Shown here one piece after another: positions 28,067 through 37,973 of a stretch of 64,000 nucleotides of DNA. The DNA is from Patescibacteria group bacterium (GTDB taxonomy: Bacteria > Patescibacteriota > Patescibacteriia > JAXHNJ01). The stretch is from positions 2,579 to 66,578 of the forward strand of contig JAXHNJ010000001.1 of assembly GCA_034520665.1 (NCBI GenBank). Reading direction: 5' to 3'. A program made the position numbers and the translations under genes. A model generated the notes under the pieces. It had not been told where the DNA came from and did no database searches. It was given only the letters and a program-made list of their open reading frames with translations. Numbering within the stretch: the stretch's first letter is position 1; the number at the start of each line of letters is the position of its first letter.

Positions 28067-28199
28067 AATAAAGTTTAAGTTTAGTCTCACACCGTGAGAT
28101 GTCCCGCCGGGAGACTAAACCGCGGCCTTATTTATTCCGTCGAACTTGTCCCGTTATATAGCGGGATGACGGGACCAATTTGGTACATCTCTCCCTGAT

Positions 28200-28913
28200 T
28201 TATATTTTATTACGAGCAATAACCAAGCCTTTTACATCTTTAGCTCCAGCTTTTTTTAAGGCTTTAGCGGCTTCATTCATAGTAGCGCCGGTAGTGTAAA
28301 CATCATCTATAAGAATAGCAGTTTTACCTAAAATTTCAAGTTTTTGGCTTACTTTAAAGGCATTTTCCAGGTTTTTTTGTCTTTGTTTAGCTTTTAGCTT
28401 AATCTGTGATTTTGTATTTTTAGTTCTTTTTAAGGAATTTTCGGATAAATATATATTAGTAATTTTTGAAAGTTCCTTGGCAATAATTAAGGCTTGATTA
28501 AAGCCTCGCCACTTTTCTCTTTTTTTATGCAAAGGAATAGGAATAATAACTGAATTTTTGAGAAAATTATAATCATTGTTTTGTAAGTGGAAGTTAATTA
28601 TAAGGTTAAAAAATTTTTTTAAGTCTCGGGCGTATTTATATTTTAAAGAATGTATGGCCTTTTCTATTATTTGATCCTGATAATCACAAATTACTACTAA
28701 TGATTTTAGTTTAATATTTTTTTGACATATAAAACAAACTTGACCTTGGTTTGAAGGTTTTCGGCAAACTGGACAAACTTGTTTTTTATTAAATTTTATT
28801 TGATTTAGACAAGTTTGACAAAGCCATTGGCCTTCCTTTCCGCAACCCAGACAAGTGACCGGAAATAAAAGGTCAAGTAAAAATATGGCCGCTTTTCTTA
28901 ATTTATTTTTCAT
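28200..28913 (-). CDS. comF: ComF-family competence protein (double zinc ribbon + phosphoribosyltransferase)
   Basis: LFPVTCLGC, CPVC, RGFNQA and LIDDVYTTGAT motifs. Confidence 0.93.
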   Translation of the reverse strand: MKNKLRKAAIFLLDLLFPVTCLGCGKEGQWLCQTCLNQIKFNKKQVCPVCRKPSNQGQVCFICQKNIKLKSLVVICDYQDQIIEKAIHSLKYKYARDLKKFFNLIINFHLQNNDYNFLKNSVIIPIPLHKKREKWRGFNQALIIAKELSKITNIYLSENSLKRTKNTKSQIKLKAKQRQKNLENAFKVSQKLEILGKTAILIDDVYTTGATMNEAAKALKKAGAKDVKGLVIARNKI

Positions 28914-28972
28914 AAAAAAGTCTGGCCTTAATGATTAATTAAGGCTAAAAATTCTACTCTAAGCCACCAAAA

Positions 28973-31471
28973 TTATTTTTTTTCTAATTTAATTTCACCT
29001 TTTTTTAATTTTACGGCTACTTTATCAGAAATGTCAACTTGGCCTTCAAGTATTTTTTGAGCCAAGGGATTTTCTACTTTTTCCTGGATTAGTTTTCTAA
29101 CGGCTCTGGCTCCTTCATCGGGAGAAAAAGCTTCTTTGGCCATAGCTTTTTTGGCTCGGCTACTTAAGTCTAAGGTAATACCTTTATCTTTTAATCTTTC
29201 TTCCAGTTCCTGGATTTGCAGATTAACAATTTTCTCCACGGCTTTTTTATCCAGAGGCTTAAAAACAATAATTTTATCGACGCGGTTTAAAAATTCTGGC
29301 CGAAATTCTTTTTTTAAATCTTTAAGAATATTCTCCTTAGTTTTTTCGTAATTTTTTTCGGCTTTTTCTTTATCTTTTTTATCAGACTCAAATCCGACAT
29401 CAGCCAACTGGTTAAGGTTTTCTAAGCCAATATTGGAGGTCATTATAATAATGGTATTTTTAAAGTTAATTTTTTTGCCGACACTATCAGTAAGATGGCC
29501 GTCTTCCATAATCTGCAGTAGTAAATTAAAGACGTCCGGATGAGCTTTTTCTATTTCGTCGAAAAGTACCACGGAATAAGGCTTTCTTTTGACCTGATCG
29601 GTTAATTTAGTCGATTCTTTGTAGCCAACATAGCCGGCCGGAGCTCCGATTAATTTTGAGGTATTAAATTTTTCCGAAAATTCAGACATATCAATGCGAA
29701 TTAAAGCCTCTTCGTCTTCAAATACAATACTGGTTAAAACCTTTGCTAGCTCTGTTTTGCCGACTCCAGAAGGACCCAGAAAAATAAATGAACCTAAGGG
29801 ACGCCTTGGGTGTGAAAGACCGACTCGGGAGCGACGGATAAAATCAGAAACTTTGTTCACAGCTTCGTCCTGACCGACTATAAATTTCTCTATCTTTTTT
29901 TCCATATTGATTAGTCTTTCTTTTTCAGATTTTACTAACTCAGATAAAGGCACGCCGGTTATTTTTGAAATTATTTCAGCTATGTCTTTTTCTTTAATCT
30001 CGCCAACCATCTTTTTATTTTTTTGGGCTAATTCTTCCATTAGTTTATGAATGCTGGCTCTTAGATTTTTTTCCTCCTCTTTTTTATAAATAGCTTTCTT
30101 AAAGTTTTCCATCTGGACGGCTTTTGCCTTTTCTTGAATAAGCTTTTTTAAGTCTTTCTCTTTTTTTCTTATCTTTTTTTGCAAAGGCGAGGGTTTGACA
30201 CTAACTTTAATTTTAGAAGCGGCTTCATCAATCAAATCAATAGCTTTATCAGGCAGAAATTTATCTTGAATATAACGGCTGGAGAGTTTTACCGCGGCCT
30301 GAATAGCTTTTGGTGTAATAGTGACACGGTGATATTTTTCAAAATTATCCTTAATGCCCTCAAGGATTTTAATAGTTTCTTCTGGTGTAGACTGACGAAC
30401 AATAATAGACTGAAATCTTCTCTCTAAAGCCGGATCAGACTCGATATTTTTTTTGTATTCCTCCATAGTGGTAGCGCCAATAGTACGGATTTGGCCCTTG
30501 GCTAAGGCCGGTTTTAAAATATTAGCCGCATCCATTGAACCAGAAGCACTGCCAGTGCCCATAATATTATGTATTTCATCAATAAAAAGTATATTACGCT
30601 TATCTGACTTTATTTCCTCAATCAGTTGTCTTACGCGACTTTCAAATTCACCGCGATAAACAGTGCCGGCAATAACTAGGCTTAAATCAAGTGAGAGAAT
30701 TTTTTTGTCTTTGAGTATTTCTGGTACTTCGTCTTTAATTATTTTTTTAGCTAAACCTTCTATAATAGCAGTTTTACCGACTCCGGGATCGCCGATTAAA
30801 ATGGGGTTATTTTTTGTACGACGCGATAAAATATGAATTAGCCTTTCTATTTCTTTTTCTCGGCCAATAACCGGATCAATATTTTTCTGGAGTTTTTCAT
30901 CAGTTAAATTAGTGGCAAAAAAGTCTAAAGCCGGTGTTTTACTGGGTTTGGGAGCGGCTGGCACTTTTTCTTTTTCTTCACTTTCTTCAAAAAACCCGGT
31001 TAAATCAGGAAATTTAGAAGTACTTTTTAATATAGAGGAAATTCTTTTTTTAATTTCTTTTTTACTAATACTATTTTTTATTAAAATCTCCTCTATTTTT
31101 TTATTGTTTAATTCAATTAAAGAAATCAGGAGATGTTCAGTACCGACATATTTATGATTATATTTATTAGCCAGCAAGACTGCTTTTTCCAATACTTTTT
31201 TGGCCGGGGATGAAAATTTTAGATCCTCGTTTTTTAATGCTTTTTCAGAAATAGGGTTAATGGTATTATCTATATGATCTTTTATATTTTCCGGTTTTAG
31301 ATTTATCTTTTTTAAAATATCATAAGAAATACTGCCGCGACTAGAAGCTAGGCCATAAAGCAAATGTTCTAAATTTATTTGTTTATGGCGCATTTGCCAG
31401 GCCAAACTAGCCCCTGTTTTTAGAGATTTTTTTAGATGTTTAGTTAATTTATGTAGAATAGGGATATCCAT
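28973..31471 (-). CDS. clpC: ATP-dependent Clp protease ATPase subunit ClpC
   Basis: Two Clp-N repeats, GDPGVGKT and GPSGVGKT Walker A motifs, [11 protein letters not shown] and a short middle domain. Confidence 0.93.
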   Translation of the reverse strand: MDIPILHKLTKHLKKSLKTGASLAWQMRHKQINLEHLLYGLASSRGSISYDILKKINLKPENIKDHIDNTINPISEKALKNEDLKFSSPAKKVLEKAVLLANKYNHKYVGTEHLLISLIELNNKKIEEILIKNSISKKEIKKRISSILKSTSKFPDLTGFFEESEEKEKVPAAPKPSKTPALDFFATNLTDEKLQKNIDPVIGREKEIERLIHILSRRTKNNPILIGDPGVGKTAIIEGLAKKIIKDEVPEILKDKKILSLDLSLVIAGTVYRGEFESRVRQLIEEIKSDKRNILFIDEIHNIMGTGSASGSMDAANILKPALAKGQIRTIGATTMEEYKKNIESDPALERRFQSIIVRQSTPEETIKILEGIKDNFEKYHRVTITPKAIQAAVKLSSRYIQDKFLPDKAIDLIDEAASKIKVSVKPSPLQKKIRKKEKDLKKLIQEKAKAVQMENFKKAIYKKEEEKNLRASIHKLMEELAQKNKKMVGEIKEKDIAEIISKITGVPLSELVKSEKERLINMEKKIEKFIVGQDEAVNKVSDFIRRSRVGLSHPRRPLGSFIFLGPSGVGKTELAKVLTSIVFEDEEALIRIDMSEFSEKFNTSKLIGAPAGYVGYKESTKLTDQVKRKPYSVVLFDEIEKAHPDVFNLLLQIMEDGHLTDSVGKKINFKNTIIIMTSNIGLENLNQLADVGFESDKKDKEKAEKNYEKTKENILKDLKKEFRPEFLNRVDKIIVFKPLDKKAVEKIVNLQIQELEERLKDKGITLDLSSRAKKAMAKEAFSPDEGARAVRKLIQEKVENPLAQKILEGQVDISDKVAVKLKKGEIKLEKK

Positions 31472-31507
31472 ATTTAAAATTGATTTAAAAATAAATTAGC
31501 AAACTAT

Positions 31508-31536
31508 AGTATAACTAATAGATTGCTTACTGTCAA
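31508..31536 (-). promoter_or_regulatory. clpC promoter
   Basis: Minus strand TTGACA-17 bp-TATACT. Confidence 0.7.
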
Positions 31537-31758
31537 GAAAAAAGAAATACTCCGATGCCCTCCCGGTCCGCCGCACAAGACTTTGGCAGGCGGGGCCTCG
31601 GAGCTTGACCATTAATAAAGATTTGGCTGCGCTGAGTCCTGCACGCCGAAGCCTATCATATTATTAGTTTACTTATAATTTAGGCTCCGCTATCCTTTCC
31701 CAAGGCCAAGCATTGGGGCTTTGCCGCGGAGGCGTGTCAAAAAATGAAGTATTTAATT

Positions 31759-32655
31759 TTACATATTTCTTAAGGCTTTAATTCTTTTTTCAACTGGCGG
31801 ATGAGTGGAGAAAAACTTTTTAAAACCTTTTTTAGCTTTGGCTCCAAAAGGGTTAGAGATAAAAAGATGAGCGGTAGCACTAGTAGCTTTTTTCATAGGC
31901 TTATTATATTGGGATATTTTTTCTAAAGCATTAGCTAAGCCTTCCGGATAGCGAGTAATCAGAGAGCCGGAAGCATCAGCCAGATATTCCCTTTTTCTAG
32001 AAATAGCAAACTGAATTAATTTGGCAAAAATGGGAGAAAGAATTAAAAAAACTAAACTGACAATCATTAAAATACCACCTAGGCGGCCGCCACCACTACT
32101 CCGATTCCTTCGCCCGCCAATAATTCGAAAGCGGATAAACCAGTGGCCAATAAGCATAATCGTCCCCACTAAAACAATTACTATGGTCATTAAACGAATA
32201 TCATAATTTTTAATATGGGATAGTTCATGAGCAATAACCCCCTCTAATTCTTCATTTTCTAATTTATCAACCAATCCCGAAGTTAGAGCTAAAGAAGCGT
32301 GGTCAGGATCGCGGCCGGTAGCAAAAGCGTTCAGAGCCTGATCATCAATAATATAAATATCTGGCCGGGGCAGGCCGGCTGTAATGCATAAGTTTTCTAC
32401 CAGACGATAAACATAAGGATTATCTTTTTTTCCAATCGGTTTGGCGCCAGCTGTCCAGAGAGCGATTGAGTCTCCCCGAAAAAAGCTAAGCAGGGTCATA
32501 AAAACAGCCAAACCAAAAGCTAAGGAAAGACCAGTATAGCCGATACCCATATAATAACCGGCAAAATAGCCGACCGCTAAAACTAAAATAACAAAAACAG
32601 CTATTAAAAAAAAGCTTCTTCTTTTATTACTTTTAATAATGTCGTAAGTAGTCAT
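31759..32655 (-). CDS. htpX: Zinc metalloprotease HtpX (M48)
   Basis: NAFATGR, HELSH, SRKREYLAD and FSTHPP motifs. Confidence 0.95.
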   Translation of the reverse strand: MTTYDIIKSNKRRSFFLIAVFVILVLAVGYFAGYYMGIGYTGLSLAFGLAVFMTLLSFFRGDSIALWTAGAKPIGKKDNPYVYRLVENLCITAGLPRPDIYIIDDQALNAFATGRDPDHASLALTSGLVDKLENEELEGVIAHELSHIKNYDIRLMTIVIVLVGTIMLIGHWFIRFRIIGGRRNRSSGGGRLGGILMIVSLVFLILSPIFAKLIQFAISRKREYLADASGSLITRYPEGLANALEKISQYNKPMKKATSATAHLFISNPFGAKAKKGFKKFFSTHPPVEKRIKALRNM

Positions 32656-32694
32656 TATATTGACTTAGAACTGATAACTTCGAACTAATAACAA

Positions 32695-33054
32695 TTAATT
32701 ATTACGTAATTTTTTAGTAAATCCAATTAATTGCTTGCCTAGCTCTTCAGCTAATAAAATGTAATCTTGGTGTTCATTTTTTGAAATATATTTTTCATCT
32801 AAAGCTATATCTAAACAGGCGATCACTTCTTCTAGTGAACTGGATGAATTTATTAAAAAACGGCCAAAATCTTTATCTGACATTCTGTTTGAGCCCTCGG
32901 CGATATTTAAGAGAATAGAATTAGCGGCTCTTTTAATTTGAGAAGTCAAATTGTATATTTCTTCTTTGGGAAACTTATTTGCTAAGAGATATACAGCTTT
33001 TCTAAAACGGCGGGCGTCTTTATAAACAGGAAATTTTCTAAAACGAAACAACAT
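32695..33054 (-). CDS. Four-helix-bundle (23S rRNA IVS-like) protein
   Basis: FPKEEIYNLTSQIKRAANSILLNIAEG signature. Confidence 0.92.
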   Translation of the reverse strand: MLFRFRKFPVYKDARRFRKAVYLLANKFPKEEIYNLTSQIKRAANSILLNIAEGSNRMSDKDFGRFLINSSSSLEEVIACLDIALDEKYISKNEHQDYILLAEELGKQLIGFTKKLRNN

Positions 33055-33089
33055 AAGTTTTTAGTTCTAAGTTCTAAGTACTTGGTTTA

Positions 33090-33647
33090 TTAAAAGCTAA
33101 CCTTGGGATTTTCTCTGGCTTTATCTTCGGCAATTTCAAAAAATTCTCTTTTGTTAAAACCAAGTTTTTTAGCAAAAATATTAGTGGGAAAAACTTGAAT
33201 TTTAGTGTTAAAGTCACGGACATTACCGTTGTAAAACCGGCGGGAGGCTTGGATTTTATTTTCGGTGTCGGTCAATTCATCTTGAAGCTTAGCAAAGTTA
33301 TTTGAAGCTTTGAGGTCCGGATAGTTTTCAGCCACGGCAAAAAGACTTTTCAAAGCCCCTTTAAGCATGTTCTCGGCTTGTCCCTGCTGCTTTGGTCCTT
33401 CCGCTTGCATGGCTTGTGAACGGGCTTGGGTTACTTTTTCAAAAACTCCCTTTTCATGCGCGGCGTAACCTTTAACAGTTTTCACTAAATTTGGAATCAG
33501 GTTATAGCGCCTCTTGAGCTGAACATCAATATCTGACCAGGCTTCATTAACCTGATTTTTTTTGCTGATCAGAGAATTATAAACAGCAATCAGCCAGAAG
33601 ATAGCGATGAAAAGAAGACCTAAGATTATCCATATGATATAAGACAT
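33090..33647 (-). CDS. lemA: LemA-family protein
   Basis: IDVQLKRRYNLIPNLV, AENYPDLKA and RRFYN motifs. Confidence 0.95.
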   Translation of the reverse strand: MSYIIWIILGLLFIAIFWLIAVYNSLISKKNQVNEAWSDIDVQLKRRYNLIPNLVKTVKGYAAHEKGVFEKVTQARSQAMQAEGPKQQGQAENMLKGALKSLFAVAENYPDLKASNNFAKLQDELTDTENKIQASRRFYNGNVRDFNTKIQVFPTNIFAKKLGFNKREFFEIAEDKARENPKVSF

Positions 33648-33675
33648 ATATTTCCTTTCTATTCTTTTTTAATAA

Positions 33676-34200
33676 TTAATTAATTTTTTCAATGCGTGAA
33701 GCCATAAACTCTTCTTTGTATTTTATATTTTCTTTAGCATAAACCAATACCCGATCGCCTTTTTTTAGGTCTTTTCTTTCTATGGAGTTTAGAGCTTCAC
33801 TTTCTCCTTGGTGTCCGTATTTATAAATTATAGCCATGTTTTTTTTATAAAAAGAGGTGTCAGTATTTAAATTGGCTTTTAAAGTGGAGAGAACGATATT
33901 ATTATCGCGGATATATTTAGCTTCAAAAATTATGTAATTTTCTTTTACTTCTTTTACTCTACCGGAATAACTTTTTCTTATTCTTAGTTCTGCTTGACTG
34001 GGTTCGCCTTCTTTGTAATCAACCGCTCCTAAAATACGGCTACTAACCTGATTATCATCTGATGATGTTTTTTTTATCGGTGAATAATAATAACCAGCTA
34101 TAAATAAAATAACTAATATTAGTAATAAAATAAAAGAGCCTAAAATAACACTTTTTTCCGGTTTATTGAGAAGATTACTGGTTTTTTTAAATAAATTCAT
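33676..34200 (-). CDS. Membrane-anchored hypothetical protein (possible OB-fold)
   Basis: 174-aa ORF with a TM helix and a DLKKGDRVLV motif. Confidence 0.7.
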   Translation of the reverse strand: MNLFKKTSNLLNKPEKSVILGSFILLLILVILFIAGYYYSPIKKTSSDDNQVSSRILGAVDYKEGEPSQAELRIRKSYSGRVKEVKENYIIFEAKYIRDNNIVLSTLKANLNTDTSFYKKNMAIIYKYGHQGESEALNSIERKDLKKGDRVLVYAKENIKYKEEFMASRIEKIN

Positions 34201-34300
34201 ATTTTTTATGAGGTTTTTCTTAATCTAGACAAAAACCCCTTTCTTATGTTATTATATAATTAGTTTATAGGTACTGTCAAAGACCTAATATAGGAAAAAA

Positions 34301-37300
34301 ATGAAAAATAAAAAGCTTTTTATTAGCCAGACTGGAAATTTTTATAGCATTATAATTAAAATACTGCCTATTTTAGTCATTATAGGCGGTTTTTTCTTAT
34401 TTAAGAGTGAGGCCCTAGCCTGGTCAGAACCGACTGCCGGGCCACCAGGGGGCAATATAGCGGCTCCGATAAATATTTCAGCCAGTTCACAGACAAAATT
34501 AGGTAATCTAAAAATCGGCGACAATGAAAAAGGTTTATTTTGGCTGGCTCCGAAAGATTCTGATTATAGTCCTTCAAATGCTGAAGCCGGCCAAATATAT
34601 TACAATAGTGATAATAAAATAGTTTATTTTGATGGATCATCATCATCATGGGTGGAGTTAGGAGCTGGCGGTAGTGGTGTTAACCCTTTTAAATTATATA
34701 ATGATACTCAAACTGGCTGGGCTTATTTAAAATCAAATGGTAGTAGTGAAGATCCAGATATTGATTATGCTATAAAAGGAGTAGCTGAAGATTTAGGCCC
34801 TAATGAAAGTTATGGCCTTTATGGTCAGGCTGATGGAGCTAGTGCCACCAGTTTTGGTATTTATGGTTATGATGGCGGATATTCAGGAGCTTACGCCGGT
34901 TATTTTCAAGGCAAGGTTGGTATTAGTGGTGATTTATGTTTGAATAGCAATTGCCGTTCTACTTGGCCCAGTGGTGGTGGCAGTGGTTTATGGGCTGAAA
35001 ATCCCGGGCATACTTATTTGATTGACACAGATTCAAATTTGAGTTTAGGCGGCAATACGCCGGAAGATTCTGTTTTTAATGTTGATGTTAATAATGGCGG
35101 TAGTCTGGTTATTGGTAGCCCTCTGGATGTATCAGATTCTACTTATTCTTGTGGCGACAGTATCTGTCAAACCAGTTCTTTTGGCGAGGATAATACGAAT
35201 TGTGATCAAGATTGTCCGCCTACGGGCATGGAGCCTTCTTCTCAATCGCCAACCGAAAATAGTATTACTATTTCTTGGCAAGCTGATGAAGAGCATTACG
35301 CTAGGATAGATTATACTTCGGATTTTTCGGAAAGTGTATATAGCGACTCAAGTTTACCGGACGGACAGCCGGCTGCTAGTTATAATCACGAAATATCCGG
35401 ATTAGATTCTGAAACCACTTATCATTATCGGGTAGTTGTTTGGGATGGATATAATAATTATGGATTTAGTGGAGATAAAACATTTACTACGACTACCTCC
35501 GGCTGTGGTAATGGGACTTGTGATGCTGGTGAAGATTGTGATAATTGTGGATTAGATTGTGGATGTGGTGGACAAATTTGCTGTTATCATGATAATGCTT
35601 ATACTTGTGAGGATTGTTGTGGTGGCTCTGATTGTAGTGGTGATGATTATTGTTGTACTGGTATAGATTGGCAGTGCCATGATTGTTGTGCTTCTAGTGA
35701 TTGTTTGGATGGCTATGTATGTTGTGCTGATTTTAGCTGTCATGAAAGTTGCGAAAAATACGGCGGAAAGCTTATACCTTTCGAAGAGTTAGGATCCACG
35801 GCTCTGCCCTTGAGTTATCAGAATTCAGAATTGATTAATCAGACAAAGATTTTGGGCCAAACTACTAAAAAACTGAGCCAGTCACTTTTAATTCCTGAAG
35901 CTAAAGCTTCTACAGAATGGTTTGAAAATATAATACCCGTAGCCCAGGCGGCCGCTCCCTTTGATACCGAAAATAACCGTAAATTAACAATTTACGGCGG
36001 CGTGGCGACTGTAATTAATAGCACGGATACAAATACTTACGCTTTGGAAATGGGCAAAGCCTTTGATGACGGTTTAGCTATACTGACCGGCAATAAATTA
36101 TATTTAGGCGGCAATAGTAATAATAAAATTTTGACTGTTGATACTCTTAATAGCCAGCTGCGGATGGACGGCTCTTTAGCCCGTCAGGGAGCAGAATTTT
36201 TAGGTGATAGTAATGATAGTACTAAAACTAATATTAATTTGGGTGTAACTTGGGTTGATCCCTCTAGTACACCTGAACCTGATGAAGAAAGTAAGGTTGG
36301 AGTTGATGGCAGTGATTATAAATATATTACAATTTCCGGCGGCGGCGGCAATGTGGCTGAAGGCAGAGGAACTACTGTTTCTGGAGGTATGCGTAATTTT
36401 GCTGATCGAAGAGAAGCCACAGTTTCCGGGGGTTATAGTAATCAAGCTATTGGCCATGCTTCAACTGTTTCCGGAGGGTGGGAAAATACAGCGGAAGCTA
36501 CAAAAAGTACTATTTCCGGGGGGTTAAGTAATTTAACCAGAGGCACCTATTCAGCAGTAGCTGGGGGGGTACATAATGAAGCGGATGGGTTTGGCAGTTT
36601 TGTTTCCGGAGGTGGATATAATGACGCTGAAGGAAGTTATTCATGGGCTGGCGGTTATAGCTCTCAGGCCGTCCATGAAGGTTCTTTTGTTTGGTCTGAT
36701 AATACTGAATCTTCTAATGGTTATCCATCAAAAGCCGCCTATACTTTTAATGTTTATGCCAGTGGCGGGTCATTTTTTGAAGGGGATACTAATGCTAGTA
36801 GTGGTGAGATCGCTGGAACTACTAATTTACTTACAATTAATCCTAGCGAAAATTCATCTGGTAATTATAGAAGTACTACTAATATAACTAATTATAATAG
36901 TAATAATTATTCTAATAGTGGATGGGTAACTGGTTCAAAAGATTATTCTAGGAATAATGGAAATAAAACCTTAGAAAATGTAGCTGGTAGTTTGAGCTTT
37001 GCAGTAAATAATTCAACTGGGACAATAAATCTTGCTATAGGAACATTAGGTGCAATTAAGAATAAGTCAACTGGAACAATACATAATGCTTATAGTGTTG
37101 TTGGTGATTTATTTGTTAAAGAAGGTTCTACTGTAGAAAATGCTCATATGCTTCGTGCCGAAGATCCTAATCAACTAGCTGAATATAATGGTACTATTAA
37201 TAATTTATATGGTCTTTCTATTGAAGATCAAACTTATGGTATTAATCAATGGGCAATTTATCAAGAAGGTAGTGATGATAAATCATATTTTGCCGGTAAT

Positions 37301-37879
37301 ATTGGTATTGGTAATGATAATCCTGTGGCAAAATTAACAATTAATAATGGTGTTAGTGATTCAGGTAGTTCAGGTGATGGGGTTTTTGCAGCAGTTGATA
37401 GTAGTAATGCTGCTATTTCTGGTAAGCAAACTGGTTCTGGTTACGCCGGTTATTTTTCCGGAAATGTAAAAGTGGATGGTAATTTTGAAGCGGATAATGT
37501 GGGTAGAATAACAATTACTGAACCTTATGAAGATTCTGGTATAATTGTTTCTGAAGATATTATTATTGAATATTGTGGTGATTTAGATGGTTGTAAAATA
37601 AGGCAAAGTGTATATAGTTTTGATACTAAGGGTACTCATGCTTCTAGAGATTTTTTATTTTTTTATAATCCTGATACTGGATGGTGGCGTCAAAATTATA
37701 ATGATGGAGGAGACGGGGATGCTCATAATAATGTTTCTGATACTATTACAAGGTTTTGGGAAAGTGAGTTCGTTGATGAATTTATAAATATTTATCCTTA
37801 TTATCATTTTGGATTCTATTGCCGTAATGATGATGATGGGAAGGTACCTGAGGGGTGTAAGCTTACCATTATAGATTAA
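34301..37879 (+). CDS. Large secreted adhesin/fibre-like protein (FN3, Cys-rich and SGGxxN repeat modules)
   Basis: Signal peptide, WSEPTAGPPGGNIAAPIN N-terminus, GLDSETTYHYRV FN3 motif and 14-residue TVSGGxxNxA repeats. Confidence 0.8.
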   Translation: MKNKKLFISQTGNFYSIIIKILPILVIIGGFFLFKSEALAWSEPTAGPPGGNIAAPINISASSQTKLGNLKIGDNEKGLFWLAPKDSDYSPSNAEAGQIYYNSDNKIVYFDGSSSSWVELGAGGSGVNPFKLYNDTQTGWAYLKSNGSSEDPDIDYAIKGVAEDLGPNESYGLYGQADGASATSFGIYGYDGGYSGAYAGYFQGKVGISGDLCLNSNCRSTWPSGGGSGLWAENPGHTYLIDTDSNLSLGGNTPEDSVFNVDVNNGGSLVIGSPLDVSDSTYSCGDSICQTSSFGEDNTNCDQDCPPTGMEPSSQSPTENSITISWQADEEHYARIDYTSDFSESVYSDSSLPDGQPAASYNHEISGLDSETTYHYRVVVWDGYNNYGFSGDKTFTTTTSGCGNGTCDAGEDCDNCGLDCGCGGQICCYHDNAYTCEDCCGGSDCSGDDYCCTGIDWQCHDCCASSDCLDGYVCCADFSCHESCEKYGGKLIPFEELGSTALPLSYQNSELINQTKILGQTTKKLSQSLLIPEAKASTEWFENIIPVAQAAAPFDTENNRKLTIYGGVATVINSTDTNTYALEMGKAFDDGLAILTGNKLYLGGNSNNKILTVDTLNSQLRMDGSLARQGAEFLGDSNDSTKTNINLGVTWVDPSSTPEPDEESKVGVDGSDYKYITISGGGGNVAEGRGTTVSGGMRNFADRREATVSGGYSNQAIGHASTVSGGWENTAEATKSTISGGLSNLTRGTYSAVAGGVHNEADGFGSFVSGGGYNDAEGSYSWAGGYSSQAVHEGSFVWSDNTESSNGYPSKAAYTFNVYASGGSFFEGDTNASSGEIAGTTNLLTINPSENSSGNYRSTTNITNYNSNNYSNSGWVTGSKDYSRNNGNKTLENVAGSLSFAVNNSTGTINLAIGTLGAIKNKSTGTIHNAYSVVGDLFVKEGSTVENAHMLRAEDPNQLAEYNGTINNLYGLSIEDQTYGINQWAIYQEGSDDKSYFAGNIGIGNDNPVAKLTINNGVSDSGSSGDGVFAAVDSSNAAISGKQTGSGYAGYFSGNVKVDGNFEADNVGRITITEPYEDSGIIVSEDIIIEYCGDLDGCKIRQSVYSFDTKGTHASRDFLFFYNPDTGWWRQNYNDGGDGDAHNNVSDTITRFWESEFVDEFINIYPYYHFGFYCRNDDDGKVPEGCKLTIID

Positions 37880-37973
37880 TTTTTTTGATATTATAAATTT
37901 CAAAGAATATAATAATAGTTATCTATAGATTACCTTTATAAAATTATTATTAAAAAAATTTTTTAATTTTAAA

